In this document: positions 1 to 7,837 of the stretch, in pieces
Layout of the letters: each line of letters opens with the position of its first letter
How positions within the stretch are numbered: position 1 is the first letter of the stretch
Program-made: the position numbers and the translations under genes
NCBI GenBank assembly: GCA_029856525.1
Contig: JAHQXC010000048.1
Location: forward strand, 1-10,382
Origin: Candidatus Odinarchaeia archaeon
GTDB taxonomy: Archaea > Asgardarchaeota > Odinarchaeia > Odinarchaeales > Odinarchaeaceae
DNA length: 10,382 nucleotides
Direction: 5' to 3'
Notes under the pieces: model-generated
Seen by the model: the letters and a program-made list of their open reading frames with translations, nothing else
Database searches by the model: none
Told to the model about the DNA's origin: nothing

Positions 1-437
1 TCATATGTTACCGGCACCGCTCCGAAAAATTGGGCTATAGATATATATGGTGGATATGTAGGGCCAGGCATTAAAATCTCGTCTCCAGCTTCCGTTGCAG
101 CGGCTATCACGAATTGCAGTGCTTCTGAAACACCGTTTGTTACAAGCACATCTTCTGGAGCTAATCCGTTAATATTATTATATTTCTTCTCTTTTTCAAC
201 TATAGCTTTTCTCAGCTCTTCTACACCGTTAGAAGCGGAGTAACCGTTATAACCGTCGTCGATGGCTTTCTTAGCGGCTTCCCTGAAGATTTCAGGTGTT
301 TTAAAATCGTATGCGATAGGATCACCGATATTTAAATAAAGCATTTTTTTACCCTGTTTTTCAAGCTCCATAGCCACCGCGGCGACATCTCTAATAGCAT
401 ATGTGAGATTCCTTACTCTACTACTTATAAAAACCAC
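1..437 (-). CDS. alaA: PLP-dependent class I/II aminotransferase, AlaA/YfbQ (alanine/valine-type) family; 5' part only, runs off the window
   Basis: Not in the ORF track; translated by hand. GTG at 437, 6 nt after a GAGGTG SD, gives MVFISSRVRNLTYAIRDVAAVAMELEKQGKKMLYLNIGDPIAYDFKTP...GYSASNGVEELRKAI...VLVTNGVSEALQ...GDEILMPGPTYPPY. The Y(A)IR, LNIGDP, GxxELRxAI, TNGVSE and PxPxYPxY motifs are typical of AlaA-type aminotransferases. The frame is open to the window edge. Confidence 0.85.
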   Translation of the reverse strand, partial: MVFISSRVRNLTYAIRDVAAVAMELEKQGKKMLYLNIGDPIAYDFKTPEIFREAAKKAIDDGYNGYSASNGVEELRKAIVEKEKKYNNINGLAPEDVLVTNGVSEALQFVIAAATEAGDEILMPGPTYPPYISIAQFFGAVPVTY

Positions 438-504
438 TTTAAGCACCTCTCATTCATTTATGAAAACTAATTCATATTCCAGTTTACTTTTTCCAGGATA
501 TTAG

Positions 505-517
505 TATATAAGTTTTT
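505..517 (-). promoter_or_regulatory. Archaeal BRE+TATA promoter for the aminotransferase
   Basis: Minus strand AAAAAC-TTATATA about 70 nt upstream of the start. The identical 13-mer lies upstream of the 8735..8959 gene. Confidence 0.55.
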
Positions 518-592
518 AGTGTAATTGAACTATCATAACTTTAACAGAGGGACTCCGCTGAGTGAAGTTAAAACGCCTGCTAGTGGAAATAA

Positions 593-955
593 TTAATGAT
601 GGGGCCCGCCACTTTTAGCTATTATTTGAACGAATATTAATGTGAGACTTATCAAGAATAAAGTGCCTAGTTGATATCCATATATAAGCGTGGAGCACTT
701 TAATATAATATCTAATATTAACACTATAGTTGTTAAATTATAGCTGGTTTCTCTCCTCCCTAGAAGATAAGCGCTGTTAACGAATTGGACTCCGCCTAAA
801 ATAAGATATGCAACTCCAACCGCCACTGCAGCCTCAGCGGGTATCATAGAGGTTGAAGGATATAATATTAATACGGCGCCTGAGACTATGGTTAAAGCGC
901 CGAGGAAAAGCATGAATAACCCCATGCCACTATAGTATTTAGGGTGAACGTGCAT
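593..955 (-). CDS. Small integral membrane protein (about 4 TM), weak resemblance to HdeD/DUF308-type helical hairpins
   Basis: 120 aa, four hydrophobic segments. The pattern LGALTIVSGAVLILYP...VGVAYLILGGVQF recalls DUF308 (unverified). Has an ATG start and its own promoter-like element. Confidence 0.7.
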   Translation of the reverse strand: MHVHPKYYSGMGLFMLFLGALTIVSGAVLILYPSTSMIPAEAAVAVGVAYLILGGVQFVNSAYLLGRRETSYNLTTIVLILDIILKCSTLIYGYQLGTLFLISLTLIFVQIIAKSGGPHH

Positions 956-1005
956 ACTTTAATCTTCCACCTTTCAACCGTTATTCTGTTGTTCTCTATG
1001 AAACT

Positions 1006-1021
1006 CTATTTAATTCTTTCG
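1006..1021 (-). promoter_or_regulatory. BRE+TATA promoter for the 593..955 gene
   Basis: Minus strand CGAAAGAA-TTAAATAG, matching the archaeal BRE (cRnaA) plus TTAAATA box. Same architecture as the element at 7995..8010. Confidence 0.55.
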
Positions 1022-1043
1022 ACGATTCTTCTAATTTTACTGG

Positions 1044-1277
1044 TTAAGGTCTCCTCCACTGATTATATGCTAGCTGAATGTCACGGCTTGTCACCGTTTT
1101 CCGCTTAGAGTGAAGTGATAATTCCCCTGCTCTTCTTGCTATTTCTAATCCTATTTCTTCAAGTATTTTACCTAGCTCGCTTGCAGCTTTTTCAGATACT
1201 CGTTCAACTTTAGCTTTTCTTATTAATCTATCTAAAGGCGCTAAAGGTATTATTCTCTCAGCTTTTTCTTTAGGCAT
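1044..1277 (-). CDS. Archaeal histone (HMfA/HMfB-like histone fold) with a short basic N-terminal extension
   Basis: IPLAPLDRLIRK..ERVS..A...L.KILEE.G..IA..A..L..H..RKTV...DI.LA aligns without gaps to HMfB (LPIAPIGRIIKDAGAERVS...LARHAGRKTIKAEDIELA). R10, R19, L46, H49, R52, K53, T54, D59 and L62 are retained. AGGTGA SD is present. Confidence 0.95.
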   Translation of the reverse strand: MPKEKAERIIPLAPLDRLIRKAKVERVSEKAASELGKILEEIGLEIARRAGELSLHSKRKTVTSRDIQLAYNQWRRP

Positions 1278-1312
1278 TATATCACCTAACTTAAATTCCT
1301 ATTTTAATATTA

Positions 1313-1328
1313 GATATAAATTTTTCTT
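1313..1328 (-). promoter_or_regulatory. BRE+TATA promoter of the histone gene
   Basis: Minus strand AGAAAAA-(A)TTTATATC about 36 nt upstream of the ATG, followed by an AGGTGA SD at 1287..1282. Confidence 0.6.
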
Positions 1329-1390
1329 ATTTATAGAAAAATATTTTTAACCTTGCTGATCAGCTTAAACTCTTAAACTATTTGAAGATT

Positions 1391-1936
1391 TTAGATTAAA
1401 AATACTAGTGAGCTTCCTAACAATAATAGTATTCCTTGAGCGATGCAGAAGAATCCTAGAATCACTGAGACAGCCGGGTAGCCTAGTATTTTTCCAAGGA
1501 AATCTAGTACTTCTTCGACAGCTTTAGCGAATATGAATATAACCGCTACTATAACTATGAATACAGCGGCTATCACCCATGTATTATGGATGAAACCTGA
1601 CACATAGAAAGCTGCAACCCCCCCTACTCCTAAAGCTAGAAGCCCTGCTAGAGGGAGTTGAACTGTAGGAGCTAAAGTTAACGCTAAGCCAGCTAATATA
1701 AAGAGGACTATTGTAGCCGTGTCCATTATTCCTCGACTCCACCCGGAGGCTACTACTATTAAATCTATTATTCCTAATATGAATCCGACTGCAGCTAGTA
1801 GTTTAAGCTTCCATTTCCATTCATTTTTACTCTCCTTCCACTCTAAGATATCTAGTAGGAGGATGAACCCTGATATTATTAGTATAATGTTAGCGTAGTT
1901 TACAAGCGTGGTAAGCGTGGATATGATGTCTAGCAT
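1391..1936 (-). CDS. Polytopic membrane protein of unknown function (about 6 TM)
   Basis: Track ORF 1391..1945. The GTG at 1945 is part of an AGGTGA SD lying 5 nt before the ATG at 1936, which is the preferred start. Mostly hydrophobic, with one charged loop (EWKESKNEWKWKLK). No family recognised. Confidence 0.75.
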   Translation of the reverse strand: MLDIISTLTTLVNYANIILIISGFILLLDILEWKESKNEWKWKLKLLAAVGFILGIIDLIVVASGWSRGIMDTATIVLFILAGLALTLAPTVQLPLAGLLALGVGGVAAFYVSGFIHNTWVIAAVFIVIVAVIFIFAKAVEEVLDFLGKILGYPAVSVILGFFCIAQGILLLLGSSLVFLI

Positions 1937-2017
1937 TGGAGTCACCTAAATTTTATGTACAATTTTAAAATGCTGCTAGTATAATAATTTATCCAGTTGA
2001 AAATTTAAACTATAATT

Positions 2018-3667
2018 TTATCGTTTCAAAAGTTTTTCATAATATTGTTCAGCGTATTTTTTAAGATATCCTTTAACTTTTATTTCAGGTTTAACCCATT
2101 TTCTTTTTCTTTTCACCAATTCTTCTTCTTCAACTAGTAGATCTAGCCTTCTGTTAGGGATGTCTATTTTAATTAAATCACCGTTTTCTACAAGACTTAT
2201 AGGTCCACCTAAAGCCGCTTCAGGTGAAACATGGCCTATGCATAATCCTCTGGTTCCGCCTGAGAACCTTCCATCCGTTACAAGCGACACTTCTTTATCC
2301 ATACCTCGACCTACTAGATTAGCTGTAGGTGATAGCATTTCCCTCATCCCAGGTCCGCCTATAACTCCTTCATATCTTATCACAACAACGTCTTTAGGTT
2401 TTATTTCACCTTTACATATCGCTTCATTAGCCTCTTCCTCAGAGTTGTAAACTCTCGCAGGTCCTATGTGAACCATGCTTTCAGGACTTACAGCCGTCTG
2501 TTTTACCACAGCCCCTTCAGGTGCTAAACTCCCTTTTAAAACAGCTATTCCCCCTTCTCTATGATACGGGTTTTTTAGAGGTCTTATAATATTCTCATCT
2601 ATTACTTTAAAATCATCTATAAGCTCTTTTAACCTTCTACCCGTAACCCCGATAGTGTCAAGGTTTAATAGACTTTTAAGCTGTTTAAGAAGCGCCGGGA
2701 CCCCGCCAGCTTTCTCCATATCCCACATAGTATACGGTCCCCCTGGTCTAAGATTCACTAGATGCGGGGTTGTTCTACCGAAGTAGTCGAATTCATCTAT
2801 TTCTATTTTAATATTCAGTTCTTCAGCTATCGCCGGTAAATGTATAGTTGTATTGGTTGATCCGCCTATAGCCATATCGACTCTAATCGCGTTTTCGAAA
2901 GCTTCTCTTGTAAGTATATCTGAAGGCTTTAAATCCTCTTTTACAAGGTTTACGACTCTAACACCTGAGTCATATGCGATTCTAAGCTTTTTAGCTTGAA
3001 CTGCATGAGCTGTCCCGCAGCCTGGAAGAGACATACCGAGGGTTTCTGTTAGACACGCCATCGTGTTCGCGGTGAAACATCCTGCGCAGCTTCCAGGACC
3101 AGGACAGGCTGAGTTTTCAAGCTCTTTAAGCTCCTCTAAGCTTATTAACTTCTTCTGATAGGCTCCGACGGCTTCGAAAACAGATATAACATCCACAGAG
3201 TTACCTTTAAAAACCCCCGGCATCATAGGACCGCCTGTTACAATGATGCTTGGAATATTCAATCTGGCGGCTGCTATTAAATGGCCTGGGACAATTTTAT
3301 CACATGATGAAATTAACACCATGCCGTCGAATTGGTGAGCTTGCACCATAAGTTCAACCGAATCCGCTATTAGATCCCTGCTGGGGAGAGACATTTTCAT
3401 GCCCATATGCCCCATGGCGATGCCATCGCATATGCCGATAGTGTTAAACTCTATCGGTGTCCCACCGGCTGAGCGTATACCCTCTTTAACTTTCTCGCTT
3501 ATAGTTTTAAGATGGATGTGGCCTGGAACTATTTCATTCCATGAGTTTGCGACAGCTATTAAAGGCTTATCGATTTCGTTATCTGTCAGCCCTGTCGCTT
3601 TTAGAAGAGCTCTATGAGGCGCTCTCTCCACGCCTTTTTTAATGTTATCGCTTCTCATCTCAGCCAC
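2018..3667 (-). CDS. ilvD: Dihydroxy-acid dehydratase
   Basis: Motifs [73 protein letters not shown]. The start could instead be the ATG at 3658. Confidence 0.98.
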   Translation of the reverse strand: MAEMRSDNIKKGVERAPHRALLKATGLTDNEIDKPLIAVANSWNEIVPGHIHLKTISEKVKEGIRSAGGTPIEFNTIGICDGIAMGHMGMKMSLPSRDLIADSVELMVQAHQFDGMVLISSCDKIVPGHLIAAARLNIPSIIVTGGPMMPGVFKGNSVDVISVFEAVGAYQKKLISLEELKELENSACPGPGSCAGCFTANTMACLTETLGMSLPGCGTAHAVQAKKLRIAYDSGVRVVNLVKEDLKPSDILTREAFENAIRVDMAIGGSTNTTIHLPAIAEELNIKIEIDEFDYFGRTTPHLVNLRPGGPYTMWDMEKAGGVPALLKQLKSLLNLDTIGVTGRRLKELIDDFKVIDENIIRPLKNPYHREGGIAVLKGSLAPEGAVVKQTAVSPESMVHIGPARVYNSEEEANEAICKGEIKPKDVVVIRYEGVIGGPGMREMLSPTANLVGRGMDKEVSLVTDGRFSGGTRGLCIGHVSPEAALGGPISLVENGDLIKIDIPNRRLDLLVEEEELVKRKRKWVKPEIKVKGYLKKYAEQYYEKLLKR

Positions 3668-3669
3668 GC

Positions 3670-4599
3670 TCAGTATACTGGTGTAAGCCAGTGAAGGTAT
3701 TTTTTATTTCTCCCGTAGACGACGTCTAAATACGTTCTCTGTATTTTTCTAGTTAGCTCACCTGGCGTGCCGTTCCCTATTATAGTTGAGTCGATTTTAA
3801 CTACAGGTGTAACCTCTCCAGCTGTCCCGCAGATAAATACTTCATCCGCCTTATATAATTCACTTCTCGTCAAGTCTGTGACTTTCACATCTATTTTCAA
3901 TTCGTTTTTAAACAGTTGAATTATCGTATCTCTTGTCACACCTTCTAGAATAGATGCGTATAAAGGTGGAGTGTAAACCTCCCCTTTTCTTATAATAAAA
4001 ATGTTTTCACCTGTTCCCTCGCTTATAAATCCTCTGTGATCTAGCATTATCGCCTCCGTGTAACCTTTCTCAACAGCCTCCAATCTGGCAAGCACCGAGT
4101 TAAGGTAGTTGCCGCATGCTTTAGCTTCAGGGGGTAGCGCTCTAGGGGAGATTCTCTCCCATGAGGAGACTAAACAACTTATCCCTTTCTCTAAAACCCC
4201 CTCCCCCAAGTATTCTTTGAAAGGTATCGCGTATATGGCTGCATTCACAGGGCTTTTTAAAGGATTTAATCCAAGCGGACCGTAGCCTCTATAAACTATC
4301 GGTCTTATATAACAGTTTTCTTTTATCTTATTCACTTTAATTATTTCTTTTATGGCTTGAGCGAATTCTTGTTGAGTATATGGTATGCTCATTCTATATA
4401 TTTTAGCTGAATAGTAGAGTCTTTCTAAATGCGCGTCTAAACGGAATATGTGAACGTTGTCATCGAACGCGTATCCTCTCAATCCCTCGAAAACCCCGGT
4501 TCCATAATGTAACGCATGTGTTTTCACATGTATTCTCGCTTCATCCCATTTAACTATTCTTCCATCCATCCAGATATAATCGGATTTTTCCTCTGACAT
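3670..4599 (-). CDS. ilvE: Branched-chain amino acid aminotransferase (PLP class IV)
   Basis: [26 protein letters not shown] (PLP lysine), [29 protein letters not shown]. Confidence 0.97.
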   Translation of the reverse strand: MSEEKSDYIWMDGRIVKWDEARIHVKTHALHYGTGVFEGLRGYAFDDNVHIFRLDAHLERLYYSAKIYRMSIPYTQQEFAQAIKEIIKVNKIKENCYIRPIVYRGYGPLGLNPLKSPVNAAIYAIPFKEYLGEGVLEKGISCLVSSWERISPRALPPEAKACGNYLNSVLARLEAVEKGYTEAIMLDHRGFISEGTGENIFIIRKGEVYTPPLYASILEGVTRDTIIQLFKNELKIDVKVTDLTRSELYKADEVFICGTAGEVTPVVKIDSTIIGNGTPGELTRKIQRTYLDVVYGRNKKYLHWLTPVY

Positions 4600-4636
4600 A
4601 TTTAACCCTCGTTAAAATATTGGAGAGGATTCTTTT

Positions 4637-5620
4637 TTACTCTAATCCGATTTCATGTCTAAGCTGGGAGCCGATTTTCTCTATAAGCCTGGCTTCTTCT
4701 CTAGATTTAAGCTCGTTGAGTTTACGGGATCCTCCCTGGTATTCTTTTATCCACTCATCTGCGAAACTTCCATCCTGTATTTCTTTTAATATCTTCTTCA
4801 TCTCCTCCCGTGTCTGCTTGTTTACCACTCTCGGCCCTCTTGTGAGACCACCGTATTTCGCAGTGTTACTTACAGCCTCCCACATTCCCTTTAAACCTTT
4901 AGCATAGATTAAATCCACTATTAATTTAACCTCGTGTAGACATTCGTAATAAGCCATTTCAGGCTGATACCCTGCTTCAACTAGAGTGTCGAAGCCGGCT
5001 TTTATAAGCTCAGTTAAACCCCCGCATAAAACAACCTGTTCGCCGAATAAATCTGTTTCAACCTCCTCTTTGAAAGTTGTTTCTATAACCTGTACACGAG
5101 TTAAACCTATCGCTTTAGCCATCGCTAAAGCTATTTTTTTAGCGTTACCCGAGTAATCCTGGGCTACTGCTAGTAGACCTGGAACACCGAAGTTATTCAA
5201 GTATTCTCTTCTAACAGCTTTGCCAGGGGCTTTAGGGGCGATCATTATTACGTCAACGTTTGTCGGCGGTATTATCTGTTTGAAATAAATGTTGAAAGCG
5301 TGACTGAACCCTAATACTTTTCCAGCGGTTAAATAGGGTTTAATCTCTTCTTCATAGACTTTTCTCTGAACTTCATCCGGTATGAGAATGTGAATTATAT
5401 CCGCTTTTTCAGTAGCCTCGCTTATAGATAACACTTTAAACCCATCTTTTTCAGCGGCTTCAGCTGTTTTACCTTTTCTAGCTCCTATAATCACTTTCAC
5501 GCCGCTGTCTCTCATATTCATGGCTTGCGCCATCCCCTGGTTTCCATAGCCGATCACGGCTACAGTCTTATTTTTTAAAACATTCAGATCAGCGTCTTTA
5601 TCAGTGTATTTTTTAACCAT
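4637..5620 (-). CDS. ilvC: Ketol-acid reductoisomerase, short-chain (class I)
   Basis: GYGNQG Rossmann motif, LIPDE, GFSHAFN, MIAPKAPG, EVETDLFGEQVVLCGG, MAYYECLHE, SNTAKYG. Strong AGGAGG SD. Confidence 0.98.
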   Translation of the reverse strand: MVKKYTDKDADLNVLKNKTVAVIGYGNQGMAQAMNMRDSGVKVIIGARKGKTAEAAEKDGFKVLSISEATEKADIIHILIPDEVQRKVYEEEIKPYLTAGKVLGFSHAFNIYFKQIIPPTNVDVIMIAPKAPGKAVRREYLNNFGVPGLLAVAQDYSGNAKKIALAMAKAIGLTRVQVIETTFKEEVETDLFGEQVVLCGGLTELIKAGFDTLVEAGYQPEMAYYECLHEVKLIVDLIYAKGLKGMWEAVSNTAKYGGLTRGPRVVNKQTREEMKKILKEIQDGSFADEWIKEYQGGSRKLNELKSREEARLIEKIGSQLRHEIGLE

Positions 5621-5634
5621 TTATTACCTTCCTC

Positions 5635-6111
5635 CTATTTTTTTAACGCGATGATTCCTGATCTAACTATCTCAGTTACATATTTCTGATCTATATGGTT
5701 TAAGATGTGATCTATTTCAGTGCTTGGACCGCTTATTTCTATAGCATATCCTTTAACATAGTTTACTAATGCAACGTTTGATTCTCTGGTTAACTGTTTG
5801 ATTTGTTCAAGAATATTTTCATGATGGTTTTTAAGTTTAATTATAACCAGCTCTCTTATAACAGCGTCATCGCTTTTTAACTGTGTTATTTTTTTAACTG
5901 CGATAAGTCTACTTAACAGGTTTCTCATAAACCTTGCTTTTTTAGGGTCAGCTTCGAAGCTTAATATTATTCTGGCGGTTCGCTCGCTTATCTCTGAGGG
6001 TCCTACTGAAATCCTGGATATGTTAACAGCTCTCCTACTGAATATTGAGACCACTCTCTGCATTACTCCAGGTTCATCATCTACTATAAGTGAGAATATG
6101 TATTGAGGCAT
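5635..6111 (-). CDS. ilvH: Acetolactate synthase regulatory (small, ACT-domain) subunit
   Basis: SLIVDDEPGVMQRVVSIFSRRAVNISRISVGPSE ACT motif, plus a C-terminal RELVIIKL...EIVRSGIIAL domain. Starts 4 nt after the ilvB stop, with a GGTGA SD inside the end of ilvB. Confidence 0.92.
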   Translation of the reverse strand: MPQYIFSLIVDDEPGVMQRVVSIFSRRAVNISRISVGPSEISERTARIILSFEADPKKARFMRNLLSRLIAVKKITQLKSDDAVIRELVIIKLKNHHENILEQIKQLTRESNVALVNYVKGYAIEISGPSTEIDHILNHIDQKYVTEIVRSGIIALKK

Positions 6112-6115
6112 TTTA

Positions 6116-7786
6116 TCACCCTATCATTTTATCTATCTGTCCGCCAGGCCTCACCATGGGGAATACATTGCATTCTCTGTCTACTTCGAAATCTATAACT
6201 GTTGTCTCCCCTGATCTTATAGCTGTGATGAAGGCTTCTTCTATTTCACTGCATCTTGTTACTTTAATACCTTTAGCGCCGAAAGCTTCCGCTAATTTAA
6301 CGAAATCTGTTTTTTCTCCTAGAAAAGTGTACGAGTATCTTTTCTCATAGAATAACTCCTGCCATTGTCTTACCATCCCTAGATATCTGTTGTTTATTAT
6401 GGCGACCACTACAGGTATATTGTTTTCCACTGATGTGGCAAGCTCATGGCACATCATGAGAAAACTACCGTCGCCTGCTATATCAACGACTGTGCTTTCA
6501 GGTTTAGCTGTTTTAGCTCCTATAGATGCAGGTAACCCGAAGCCCATTGTCCCCTGCCCGCCTGAGAATAACACTGTTCTAGGTTTTCTCGGTTTATAGT
6601 AGAGCGCCGCCCACATTTCACATTGACCAACCTCGGTGGCTACGATGTCATTTTCTTTTAAAATAGAGTTCATTTTCTTTATTATTAAAGGCGGTTTAAT
6701 CGGATGTGTTTCCTCAGGTTCAGGTAGCGGATACTCTCTGATCAGTTCTCTGACTCTCATCATCCAAGGTGTGTTCTCTTTTTTTAAACCAGATGTCTGC
6801 ATATAATAGATTAACGCTTTCAATACTTCTTTAGCGTCGCCTATTATTGAGAGATGGCTTTTAATATTTTTATCTATTTCAGATGGGTCTATATCTATGT
6901 GAATTATTTTAGCTTTAGAAGCGAATGTTTTCTCGTCGCCTGTCGCTCTATCATCGAATCTACAGCCTACAGCTATCAGGCAATCAGACTCCATCACAGC
7001 ATAGTTAGCGGGTTTAGTGCCATGCATCCCTATCATACCTAAAGATAGTGGATGATACTCTGATATAGCCCCCTTCCCCATAAGCGTGGTGACTACAGGC
7101 GCAGGTAACAGCTCGGCTAGGGTTCTTATTTCATCCGAGGAGTTCGAGATTATAACACCGCCGCCGGCTAATATCACCGGTCTCTCCGCGTTCATGATTA
7201 TATTAGCCGCCTGCTTAATTTTTCTAAGACTTAGAATAGGTGTCTTACCTGTATAGAATTGTTTGAAAACTATTCTTCGAGTGGTTTTTTTAGTCTGGAC
7301 ATCTTTAGGTAAATCTATGTGAACTGGGCCAGGGCGACCGGATAAAGCTATATCAAAAGCCATGTTCATTATCCTGGCCAGATCGTTGACGTCTTTAACC
7401 AGAAAGTTGTGTTTGGTAATAGGTATGACTAGACTGTAAAGGTCCGCTTCCTGGAAAGCGTCTTTACCGATGTATTGAACTGGAACCTGTCCTGTGATAG
7501 CGATTAAAGGTGATGAATCCGCGTAAGCGGTGGATATGCCTGTTAAAAGATTTGTAGCCCCAGGTCCGGAGGTTGCTATAGCCACGCCAGGTCCTCCTGT
7601 AACCCGCGCATACCCGTCAGCTGCATGCGCTGCAGCCTGTTCATGTCTCACTAGTATATGTCTAATAGATGTTTCATCGTATAATTCATCGTATAATGGC
7701 ATTATAGCTCCGCCTGGAAGCCCGAAAACCGTCTTCACACCTCTAGATTTAAGAACCTCTAAGACTACTTCAGAACCACTTAACAT
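6116..7786 (-). CDS. ilvB: Acetolactate synthase large (catalytic, ThDP/FAD) subunit
   Basis: VFGLPGGAIMPLYD, RHEQAAAHAADGYAR, TSGPGATN, TGQV, DAFQE, GRPGPV, GMIGMHG, RFDDR and the ThDP motif GDGSF...NN. The ATG at 7786 (MLSGSE) is preferred over the GTG at 7798. Confidence 0.98.
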   Translation of the reverse strand: MLSGSEVVLEVLKSRGVKTVFGLPGGAIMPLYDELYDETSIRHILVRHEQAAAHAADGYARVTGGPGVAIATSGPGATNLLTGISTAYADSSPLIAITGQVPVQYIGKDAFQEADLYSLVIPITKHNFLVKDVNDLARIMNMAFDIALSGRPGPVHIDLPKDVQTKKTTRRIVFKQFYTGKTPILSLRKIKQAANIIMNAERPVILAGGGVIISNSSDEIRTLAELLPAPVVTTLMGKGAISEYHPLSLGMIGMHGTKPANYAVMESDCLIAVGCRFDDRATGDEKTFASKAKIIHIDIDPSEIDKNIKSHLSIIGDAKEVLKALIYYMQTSGLKKENTPWMMRVRELIREYPLPEPEETHPIKPPLIIKKMNSILKENDIVATEVGQCEMWAALYYKPRKPRTVLFSGGQGTMGFGLPASIGAKTAKPESTVVDIAGDGSFLMMCHELATSVENNIPVVVAIINNRYLGMVRQWQELFYEKRYSYTFLGEKTDFVKLAEAFGAKGIKVTRCSEIEEAFITAIRSGETTVIDFEVDRECNVFPMVRPGGQIDKMIG

Positions 7787-7837
7787 ATTTAAAAACACTC
7801 TCCGAAAGAATATGCTGATTAAAAATTAATATGGTTG

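Noticed and set aside
976-983. ATAACGGT shared between this upstream region and the ilv leader (7965..7958)
   Set aside because: An 8-mer that also occurs inside the aminotransferase coding sequence, so recurrence is compatible with chance.
5465-5482. IlvC cofactor-specificity loop ARKGKT as a possible NADH switch
   Set aside because: A six-residue loop with Arg and a terminal Thr and no acidic residues fits ordinary NADPH preference.
2160-7829. Plus-strand ORFs in the track (2160..2450, 3399..3617, 4620..4907, 6090..6350, 6390..6599, 6854..7042, 7530..7829)
   Set aside because: They lie antisense to well-conserved ilv genes, have no recognisable motifs or SD, and look like shadow ORFs.
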